64,000 nucleotides of DNA from Botryllus schlosseri (Eukaryota). The DNA is taken from assembly GCA_051294905.1 (NCBI GenBank), contig CM119371.1, positions 30,382,001 to 30,446,000 of the forward strand. Reading direction: 5' to 3'. The notes below the pieces were generated by a model. That model had not been told where the DNA came from. It saw only the letters and a list, made by a program, of their open reading frames with translations, and ran no database searches. The translations under genes and the position numbers were made by a program. Shown in pieces: positions 38,901 to 50,900 of the stretch. Positions within the stretch are counted from its first letter, which is position 1; each line of letters begins with the position of its first letter.

Positions 38901-41900
38901 CGCAAACAAACTTGTCCATTTCGATCCAACGGCGTCTGTCGTGCTGGACTCTTTTCGGGCAGATGAAAATCCGCATAGTAAGCTTGAGCTCCGTGTCTGA
39001 AATGCAAACAATTCAATCATAGCTGAGCAGTAACGAAATACTTCTACTTTTTGGGAGCAATCAAGTTGGTTTTGCGTTAAATGCTTTACTTACTTTAGTT
39101 GTTAGGTAAAACTACGTATTACTCTTGAATTTGAAAAATGCAAGGTTGTTTTGTGATAGTTTGTATCGCTTTATGGGTGAAATGCCCATTATAACCTTGT
39201 AAATGGCACCAGTATTACGGTAACTGAATATATTTTCGAAGATTGTACCTAATCGCAGTGCCGTTTGTGGTTTTGCGTTAGACGCGAAAATACAACCCCC
39301 AATTTCGAAAGCAACCAGCCCCGATTTACTGCTGAAGTATGCAGCCCTTGAACAAATTCTAATTTTTGAAACTACTTACTTGAGGATAGGATAGGACGAT
39401 GTATGTTTTCGACCTTGCTGTTTTTCTGGCATGAGCACTGACTCATGATTTACATACACAGGATTTGCGCGTATGCATACCATGAGTGCGTGATGTACAT
39501 GAGCAACTGGACAAGGAAGGTGCAGATGTAGCCTTGTACGATTTTCTAAGTCTTTTACCATCCCTCCATGCTATCCCAGTGATACGTTTTTTTTTCAGAC
39601 CATTTATTTTTTACTTGATGCAGTTTTGATATATTATAGATATCGATACTCGCACTGGAGTAGAAACTTACGACGTTGATTCTATATCTACATGAGAACA
39701 TACGAAAAAGTAATAAACTACCTCAACACTTATTTCAAGTAAAAGTTTAGGAGTCGTATTACTTGTTTGAGTACTTTTCATTACTCCCATGCCCTATTCC
39801 CATTTGAAGTACTTTGACGGTGTCTTGGAAATTGCTACCGGTACTTATAATTGAGTAGGAATGTACGGCGTGATGTCTACTTCTATATCAGTATTAACTC
39901 TTACTGATGAGTCTGACCACCTCTGTGACCATGAAGTAGGTTTGTAGGTTTACCTTATTTTGAGATCCGAAAAACTAGGATGCTTTCAAATATTTGTCAG
40001 CTATAACACCGGAGGAGAAAACGGGCGATTTAAAAATATTTTTCAGTAATAGTATTGGGTTGACTAAAAAATAGCATTTTTCTGATGTCGTTCCCTAAAT
40101 ACCCGTCGGGTGGTATTTCTCGTTTATTTTCTTGCCCACCCTGGCGTTCGGTGCGTGAAATTCCAGTTTGTGCTCGCATTCTAACAATTATTTTTCTAGA
40201 AAAAGAGGACAAATCCTTTTAAAACGGGACATGTTTTAGCCCTACCAAGTAGAGTAACTGGAAAGGCACTGGTTGCGTATTCCAAAGAAGTATTAGTATG
40301 CTAATTAACATAACCACTAAATTAAGAAGTGCCTTAAGAAAAGCCTAGTTGAGTTCTTGGGATATGAAGAAGTATACCTCAGTAATGACCACCTCTGTGT
40401 GTTTCCTACTGCTGCTAAAACAATATCACCCTCAAACATATGATGAAGAAATATAATAAAGATTTAACTTTGAATCTCCCAAATAAGTTCTGACCTCTCA
40501 TTTGTACTTCCACGTTAATAACTTTAGACATATCTTTACAATTGTTACTTCTAGTTCTATTTGAGTACTAGCGCTGAGTATGACTTTGACGACCACTTCC
40601 CGTAGGCGAGATCCAGTCAATACGAAACCAGATCAATACGACTCACTATTCGCAACTTCGGCGTTCCGTTTCATTCTCAAGTGGTAATAGAACCTTTGAT
40701 GAGACAGCTTGTTGTCCCATTCGTACTTCTTTCGTGCCGGCCCGAGATAGGTGCAGAGACGGGTGGTTTCGGACGGACCTTTGCTGGTCCACTGACCGTA
40801 AGATATCCTGGCGAACAGATAAAAAAAACACTGGACCATCTTGCTCAAAATCAATTGATCGTAATAAGAAAATCAAAGGAAACTTCTTTCTATTATGTTT
40901 AAGACCCCTGCGGTTACGATATGCACAACACAAAGCAATCTTATTGAAGATATGCGAGTTACACGGAAATCGTTTTCTTTACATTAACGACAGATTCGTA
41001 CAAACTACCAATCTAACTAGTTACCAGTCAAGAAACTACTGTTTTAAGAAGTTCTAATTACAGTTCTAGATGCGGATTTTGAAAGGTGAGTAATTTTAGT
41101 TTTAGATGTGGATTTTGAAAATTGGACAGTGTTAGTTTTAGCTGCGCATTGAAAAACACGAGACATCGTTTGGCATCAATCGTGATACTGGTGTTCTGCT
41201 GTGTTGCCATTGTTAGCTTAGAGTCATTACTACTAACAGTGGGGTAGCCAGGGGGTGGGTGTTGCGGGTCAACACCCCGTCCTTTTGAAATACCCTTCTA
41301 TTTCCGATATTTTCTCTCTCCATAGCAAATTCAGTGATTCGTATTATCAGTGCTGATAATGCTTCGGAATGGAGTCTAGTTATAGTTGTTTTAGTTGGTT
41401 AGTTGCGGATTTCTAAACTTCGTTAGTTCGAATTGAAAGTTTAGGCAAGTGAGTAGTTCTGGTTCCAGTTCTCGCCTTAAGCTAGATTCCATATCCTTCG
41501 AATATCGGTTGAATGTGTCAGGGTTATCGGCGAAGGTGCTAGAGTTATTGGATGTATCGCTATCGGCTCAAAAATCTGAAACCGGTCGGGCTTTATACTG
41601 ATCACTGACCACCTCTGCTGAGCAACCAGACTTCACACAACTCACTTTCCGAAATCCTTAGGCATTTGCTGCTCGCCGCTCAAGACAATATCATCAGCCG
41701 TGATGGTAACCGGTGGTCCGTCATGGCCTATTTCGCTACGGTAGCAATTGTTGTTCTTGATCCAAAGCGAGTCGATCTTTCGGTGCCAACGGTAAAAGAT
41801 GAGATCCCTTACCGCTGTGGCGGTGTCGTTCATATAGCTGGTTGCCTGATTAAAATAATGAGTAGTCTATTTAGTACTGTGCGATTTATGGAATGGTTTC

Positions 41901-44900
41901 AAAGAGAGAAGAGGAGGGACAGAAAGAAGGAGAATATAGAGCTTCAATTTACAATAAACCCGAACATTTTCGGCAGACACTCGTCAGGGATAATCGTCAT
42001 CAACTAGTGGAGAATTGGATAGAACATTGTACCCAATTCGGCATTCCGGAAGATCCAAACACTCCGTGACCTTGGTTATGGAAGCTGCCATATACAGCCT
42101 GATATTTTCCAGTAGACGGTTCCAAAATATGTCCAGCGATGTTAGGGACCATTTCTTCATCTGGCTCGGCACTGAAACATGATAAACCCATGGCAGTAGT
42201 AAGAAATGACATAAATTAATTTTCAAGGCTATAGTAACGACATATGGGAGGTGCAAGATTACAATAAAGCGGTGGTGCCAGAACTTGTTCGCAGTCGCAG
42301 CAGCATTTAATTCATAAAGCTTGATGGGGGTGCATCAGTAGACATAATTAATAGCAATCCAGTAAGGGCCAAGATGTTTTATGTGGGTACAATATGAAAC
42401 GTACACTTATCCTTGTCATAGCAATGAAGCGCAGTGGGAAAATGAAAACGTAAATATTAAATCCTTCCATCTCTAAAAGGTACATACCCAGGTTGTTCGT
42501 GCTCCACAAAGCCAGAGTCCAAGGCGCGCTGGTAGGCATATTCCCATTCTGTGAATTGATTTTTGGCCCACGCCGGCCACACCTGGGACGGCCTGGGGAT
42601 GTAGCGGCGCCACTGCTGGTCGTTGTGGAACTCGTAGCCGGCGTTGAAAGTCATGGATCTTTCGCCAAATTCCCATGGCTGGAATGCAACATAATAGAAA
42701 TGTGAGCAAATTATTCTCTGCCCGAGGTGGCGAAAGTAGTCAAGTCAGCGTTGCTACTCATGTAGAAGTGACGTCATAAATATTTACTCAAGCACAAGCA
42801 GATGTATTGATATACAAGCCATGACAAAACTACTTAAGTGGAATGGGAAACTTAAGGATAAAACTACTCGTATAGTGTCACATAGTAGATTTTTTCGAGG
42901 GGGCGCATGCCTTTAGCACAGATGTACTTATCATGGTGTCCACTGACGCCTTGAGAGTCCCCTGACAAATTTCAATGGGTCCATGAAAGGTCAATGTTAA
43001 AACTACAAGTATGAAACTACATTGTGCTTTATAACATATGTCATATTATCACTCGATGACCATTTTAACCTTCAGGCCGTTTTTTATACAACAACCAGAC
43101 CAGGTGGCAAGACGGCAAGATATAATTGGGGCTGGGTTGAAATCATGACCTTTTCAGTTTCCAAATTTAGAGGTTCACGCATTCAACTCAAGCATCTAGG
43201 AATATGCGCTCGGAAAGGTTAATAAACACCGCTTTGCCAGTTTATCAGAGGTTTATGCTTCCCAATTCACAAGTTGCATCTTGGCACCCAACGCAAAGTG
43301 GCTGATGATGTGACGAGTAGATGTGATATTCCAAAATATAATACATTCACGCGATATGGGGCTTTTTTAGCCCGGCTGTTGATAGTTTACAATTTAACAC
43401 ACGAAGGTGATGCAGACATATCACCAATCCACATTGCACATATATACAAAATTGAACGCGCAAAAACCAGCATTGTACTGACTCAAGTCGTAATTTTCCG
43501 TCGACTCGACTTGACTATAGTCATTTTCTATAGCCTAGCCTTAGTAAGCAGTGCAGGCAAGGAAAACCTACTGTGTAGCCCACTCTAATAAAGTAGAACT
43601 ATCTTCGTTACCGACCACCTCTGAGTTAGATGAATCAAAGTATGAAGCTCACCTTGACGGGGTCCAGTCCCCAAGACTCCCTCTCCGCGTCGTATCTGGC
43701 CAACATCTGCGAATGCATGTAGCCGAACAATTCGCCCTGACGTTTCAAGTGCTTCGGGGTTGCTTCGTCGAGCGCCAATCCTTCGGCGGTGCGGCGTAAA
43801 AACTGACTCACGACGTAGACGATGTGCCAGTGTCTGGGAGGATAGGTACATTGAATTAGGCGATTTCATCAGACTTGTACAAACTACTAATCTAGTTAGT
43901 TGTTGGTCAACTATCTATTGGTTATTTGAGTAGTTTAAGTTCTAATTGCGCATTTATATTAAAATTAGAAGCTAGCTCAGATTCGTCACTACTAACAGAG
44001 GCGTAGCCAAGGGTGGATTCGGATGGTCGAAACACTTCCCATTTCATGTTTCGGTTCAGTTCATGTAGAAATCCGACTCCGATGAAACAATAATTAATTG
44101 GTTGCTTCGTAATTGAAAATAGTTAGTTGTGTTTTAGTTTGTTGCGGATTTTTAAAGGTCGTTAGTTCTAGTACTAGCTCTGCGTTTTCAAAATCCACTA
44201 GATTGTACAAGTTTGGAATATATAATCTTTTAGATATTCGGAAGACGAGTCCCAAATGTATACAATGTATTCAGGAAGGCATCAATATGAATAGCTCTGT
44301 CAAATGAACATGAATAGTACGGCCATATTAAAGGCCCCCATCTATTTACTTGAAATACATGAAAAATTAGAATTCGCAATTTTACTGAATGAATACTAGT
44401 CATCCCTCGAATTTGCCGAACCGCGACCTGGCATATCGATCTCGCCTTCCGTCACATGCCATCTCGTTTTGTCGTTTGTCTTCTTTCAGCTTTCATTCAG
44501 TGTGCATGCCTCGCTTTTTTACACCGCCTAGGCCAGGTGGTGTCTGATTTAAAAGACTACTCCAAATCGTTTCGATACTTGCCTATGCTTTCGTTGTATC
44601 GCAGTCTTGTGGTGTATTGAAATGGAAATTATTAATAGTAAATTGTTTGATGGAATTGATTGATTGCAGGTTATGATATTTTACGATTAGGGACGTATCG
44701 GGATGAAAATGAGACATTTTCGAAGTTTTAACTCGCCCGGTTGACGAGGTTGGTTAAACCATCACCATCGGTATGACAGACTACATACAGTGCAGTCACA
44801 TTCAGGACAATCATCGATTTTCAGAAGGGCCAGTAATGAAGTACTACTACTTCAAGTGCGTTTTTACTGACACTACTAAAGTGGTCATTTTTAGGCGACT

Positions 44901-47900
44901 TACTTATACTTGACAATTTACTGTTTTATACACAAAACTAAGCCCGAAATACTTACTTTTTTACTTACTTACCAAGTGTGAATAATCCACCGGAAGATAG
45001 AAACTTGAAATTTCATGCTCAAAACCACACATCTCTAATTTCATGCATGCGTGTATACAACAATGCGCTTACCTATGATGGTAATTGAAGTCCGCGTCAC
45101 ACCTCCAGTAATTCATCCAGTCTTCCTGAGGTAGACCCTCACGTTTGGTGACCATCATGGCTGCTCCGGAATAAAGTGAAGGGTCTCGGTCCTCGGGTTC
45201 TGGATACCTGAATGAATGAAGCAGAAATGTTAGGAGAATGCCAATGCCAGTAGCAGTCTCTACTCTGTGGTTTATAAACTTTGAGCAGTACTTAGTCTGG
45301 TCGCACTATCTGAGGTGGTCAGTAATTAATATTTGCATACTTGCACTATATACTCGAGTACCAACAGGACTAATGTGACCACAGCTATATGCGGGTCTCC
45401 GATACGTACTTGATTCCAGCCTTCTTTGCGTCCATCGAGTGCACGATGAAGGCTTCCAAAGCCCATCGCAACACCATGTAGTTGACTTCGTAGCCCTTCT
45501 GCAGCTTGTCAGCGTAACTGACGGTGGCAATCAGGTCCTGCGTCTCGTCGTACTTTGTGAAGAGCATCTCGACGATCTTGGAAGCTTTCTGGATTTGATC
45601 GATATCGAAATTGCTGAACGGCCTGCCAAACAAGATATTTTATAGAAATGTCACAATGGAGGTAACACTTATTATTCAAGCAGGACTAAAAATAATCCAA
45701 TGACAGATATGTAATGCAAGGAGTTGCAGCTTGATAAAGTAGTCTGAGCATGTGTAAGTCTAAGTTGCTTTTTGCTGGACAATGAACACCTATTTGTACT
45801 GTTAAAATTCTACAAAATTACAGAACTTATGTCACATTGCAGCAGACGCATACGTTTTGCGTTATCTATCAGAAGTGCCAGGAGAATTTTCGTGACTAAT
45901 AAATTGAAGGAACACCTAATGGTACCATGTGCGGTTACATTTTGTAACTATTTTTAACCGTTTTTTTACGTCAATAAATATTGACTCTAGAAAGTTCGTA
46001 ATGTGAAATTGTAATTTGACTTAACATATGAGTAGAAAGGTTGAAGTCAAGGGAACTTGCCGAAGTTGTTCAATTACAGAATGAGCTACTTGAGTGTGTA
46101 AATGGGATTTATTGTGCACTACGTAACTACGACAGAGCAATAATTATTATCAAAAATTTCCCCAATTCATAATCTAATCATAGCGATGAATCTATTCTAT
46201 GAGAAAAATCCGACCAGTACCTCCCAAGACGTACGCCACTCAAATCGTCTTCGCCATCACCATCAGTGACCGGTGACCAAGTCAACACGCTGTTGACCCT
46301 CTTTTGCAGATTAGCGGAGGTGTACTTGTCTTCAACTTTGGCTGAAAATGAACATCATATATTATACGTGCTCTTCGTAATTTATTGCAATATGCAATTC
46401 TGTGTCCAATTGCGCGCGCTCATTTGATGGATATGCTCGCTGAATTTGGTGGTGAAACCTTGATCCGATTCGGGAACGGAAATGATGAAGATTAGCCTCA
46501 CAAAGGTTTGACTTACGAGGGTTTTTCAGCTTGTTCCAATTCTTGGTCAGCTTCGACAGGGCATCGTATTTCACGCCGCGGCTCATGAGGTCACTCAGCA
46601 TCTGGTTGAACTCGCTGTCCGCTTTGGCGGTGTTCTTTTCGGCCAGGTACAGCTTACCTCTGGCCAACACGAGATTGCCGTAATCCATATTATCCGATTT
46701 GGTGCCCTGAGAAAGGTAGGTTAGTAGGGAGTGACGAAATACTGTTAGAATTCATTTGGTCTGGAAACATTACCAAAGTAATGTGCTTCATTTGGACTGA
46801 AACTACGAGTTTCTTATTGAGCAAAATAAAATAGGTGTATACGGTACATCTTTTCCAAATTGATGCCCGCAGTCACAAATTTTAGTTGAAAAAAGTCATG
46901 TTCTACAGAATACAAAATATACAAAGTATATCAAAAGTAAGAAGTTTCACGTAAATAACTCTCAAGTTAAAAAAAAAGTATTGTAAAATCATAACCAGAT
47001 TGCTAAGTAATCCATGTAGGTAAAACCTACTTGAGTAATGTTAAAAAGTCGAAGTACTTCTTTACTGACACCTACTCACTACTCCCACTTCTACCTGACA
47101 GTTTTTCTGGCTTAATTACTAAATTTTACCATTTTGAATTTTAATAGTAGAAGATACTTTTGCGTCATCTTTTGACCACCTCAGTTTGTATATATAAGAT
47201 TACGACAGGAGAAGCGGGTGGCGAGATAGCGTAGTGATGTAATCTAAAGCTGCAACACCAATGCGTTGCGGGTTCGAGGTCGACTCCGGAAGAATTCCTA
47301 CCCAAATGTTGGATGTTTATTTAGGCTCCTCCTCGCCTCCTTGCGGTGTCTAGAAGTGGGCCGTGCTACAAGACGGCAACTACAGAATACAAATAAAGAG
47401 AATTGACCTGGTGTAAATGACCAATGACCACAGTAGTCGGCAAATACCTACAATACCACAAACAACAACAGCAATAACAACAACATCAACAAAAAGCCTT
47501 ACCTGCTTCTGGTAGTACTCGATGATGTCGTCCGTGTCTTTCAAAAGCTTGCCGCGCGACACCGCAGGCCCGCCCGTACCTACTTCCATCTGCCTGCGTC
47601 CACCTCTCGTTCTCTTCTTTCCCGTCACTCCCGCCTTTCGCGCCTTGTCTCTGGCGATGCCTTCAAAGAAAGCGATCATGGTCGCTACCTTTGATTTCTT
47701 CTTCTCGACTGGCTGCGACTCCATTTTCTTCCAGAAGTTGAGCGATTTCTGGAAGCGATCGTAACTGGACGCTTGAAGAGTGGCGGCGGTGACGATCTGT
47801 AATGGATGAGCCGTCGAATATAGCACCATGTAACAGCTAGGGTCAAGTGAAATCCATATCGGCAGCTTCAGAACTGAGCAGATGTGGAATTCGTGGTTAC

Positions 47901-50900
47901 GATCAGCGGCCTTGAAAAGCCATAAAGGGTAAACGAAATACGTGTACTTCGTCGATTCTCGCCCCACGGTAGGATGTCAATCGGGTTAACGGCGATTTCA
48001 GGTAAAATTGTGCTTTCACACCCTTTTGTGCTAGCGGTACACCCGCTCTTACAGAGATGTATCTCAGGGATGTAGTCGATGGTTGTAAACCTTTTTTTAC
48101 TTTCGTAGTTACTTGTTCCATCTAGTTCGATTGAAAGTAAATACACCAAATCATACATACACATATTACATTCGCATATATTGCCATACATATTGTTGCA
48201 TTATACCTGTAACAATATATATTTATTTGTTTTTATATTTATATTCATTCGATTTATAAAATAAGACATTGGTACGTTGCCATGAATATCGTAGCATCAC
48301 AAAATTAATATTCGGATGCGAAGATATGTAATTTTCGGTATATTTGCTACGTGCCTACCTACACCCATATATGAACGGCCGCCATCCAATGAAGACAGGG
48401 AGAAGCTCATAGTTTCAATTCAACAGTCACAAAGAGACTAGAAATATTTGATATCTCAGTGGAACGGCTTGAAACAAGTATGCCGAAGCCAGTCAAAATC
48501 TAAATACGGAGCTAAAATATGACAAGCCTACTTTGCGATCATTGCCAATTAAGGTTCATAATTCAAAGCAGATAATACCTCGTCTTTGGTCTCCTGATCC
48601 TCGTCATCATCATCCTCGACCGTAATGGAATACGATGCTGTGAGAACAAAAATCTCGGTATTATATATGATGTATTATATATAAGAGCGACTTTTGCTTC
48701 AGGACAGCAACAGGCAATAGTATATTCAATTGGTGTCAACGGCTGTTCATATCCATGCATTTCTCTACCACACTCTTAGCGAAAAGAGTGTGTTTTTCCA
48801 CCTGGGTACCACCCCCTGATATACGGGTGTGATTCAACACCCATGACACACGAAATCAGATCGTGTATCAGACTTATACCGCGGTATAAATAGAGTACAG
48901 CATTTTAATCCAAATTATTCATACACGAATAGGAACGTAGAAGTTATGACCACGATGCAATTCTGAGTTAGGTTCTGTTGTGTGCCACACTTTTAGGCCG
49001 TTTGGGTGTAAATACATAATCTTTTCGCTAAGAGTGCGCCTAGCCATACATGTAGCTGTGTTTTTACGAGACCAGAGCGGTTGGCTGTATATAAAATCGA
49101 CCAGCACGTATTTACTACCATCAAATGGCGCCCGGGTAAACATGCGAGAGTAAAAACAGCGAACAGAACGCACTATTTGAATGACTCGCCATTTTGAATT
49201 CGTCTGTACCATAACAGTCACTATTTTGAATAACTTCCTATCATGACATTCACTGTTATGAATTTCTCGCTATCACAACACTCACTTTGAACCCGGGGAG
49301 CCCCTTCAAATATACGCATGTAATCTGCGCAATAATCGAGAGGCAAGTAAGGAATGTCATTCAACATAAATCACGGAGATTTTACTGATTGTTAGTTAGG
49401 CAATGTATTCAAAGACTTATGATTATCGCAACAGTGAAATATCATACGGGTATCTGTAGCTGAAACTGAGATCAACAAACGTGCTTTTTGTATCATTCTG
49501 CCGATGCATTTCTCTCGCTCTGCCATTTAGTACATACTATTATTGTGTGATTTGTAGTATATGTATACGTTCTTGAATAGCATATTCATATTAAAATGAA
49601 CCCGAATATTTTCGGCTGACACTCGTCAGGGGTAATCCTCTCTACTAGTTGCTGACGATTACCCCTGACGAGTGTCAGCCGAAAATATTCGGGTTCATTT
49701 TAATATGAATATGCTATTCAATTGTATATTGAAGTTCTGTACCTCAAAGAAGCTGTTCGTATACGTTCTTGTGACACAAAAGATTTGAATGCGAAGCGCA
49801 TCACTGTGCTTTCCCATTTTGTTACATATATGTATGATGTACGAAGGACATGGAGTAAAAAAACAAGGTTAGTGATTGGTTATATGATTTGCTAACGATA
49901 TTCGCTTATTCACCAACGATTTGAATCCATACCAAAAATAAAGTCAGGAACGATTCGAGGCACTTGACTCGACTCGATCCAATTTTGCAATGGCTTGAAA
50001 TCGCTTGCGACTCAAAGGTATTTAGAGACATGATTCCAACACTGCTGTAAATATGGAAACGTTACTTACCAGATGTGACATTGTACCGTCCGCCGTTGTA
50101 AACAGCTCTGACTTTGTAAGTCCCAGGTACGTCAACTTGATATCCTTCAGATCCGGCACCAACGGTGACCAATTGACTGTACCTGTCCGGGCCATCTTTG
50201 GCCTCGGCAGTGTACAAGACCTTGGGCTTGCTGTATCCAGAGTAGATTGGCCGGACAAATGGATCCACAGCCTAAAATGAAATGAGAAATGAGAAGTTAC
50301 TGTTGGGCGCGAAAGGTGAGAAATTATGAGCATCAGGGGCAATATAATCGTTGACAACGTCGTATGATGGTTTCACTTTGACATCATAAACAAGAAACAG
50401 TGCGAAGTGCATCATAAAAGCAACACACCATTCTATTCATGATGTCAAATATATTTTCCCTGTAAAGATATCATAACGGAACAGTGAGATAAATTTGACC
50501 ATGTTAATCAGGAGGTCAAATTGTTATTCGGTTGCGAGATCCAAGAATGAGCAATGATCAACTGAGCATGGATATAAACTTTTAACTTCGGATTCGAACA
50601 TCTTAGTTGATTCCCAGATCATCGTGGAGCCAGTAAAGAATTTTGATTGAACATGAAATTTACGACGACACTGAATTTTCACAACGGAAGGACTATATTT
50701 CTGTCGATAGAAATTTATCATTCGATTGATACTACTCACAGAAATATCTGAATCTGAAAATATATAATGCCCTCATGTCACGATTGGGAAATGAACATGC
50801 AGTATTATCGGTTTATGAACAGATTTAATCATTCAAAAGTTGGCAATATGATGCAACCAACGATCTAACACACAAATTCTGCCCAACTCTTCGTCCATTG

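Larger units (their letters stand above)
49573..49758. mobile_element. Penelope-like element remnant: perfect 65-bp inverted repeat plus tail, flanked by gtatacgttctt direct repeats
   Basis: Arms 49573-49637 and 49657-49721; direct repeats at 49563-49574 and 49759-49770; carries hammerhead motifs. Tail fragment also found antisense at ~26211-26262. Confidence 0.65.
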
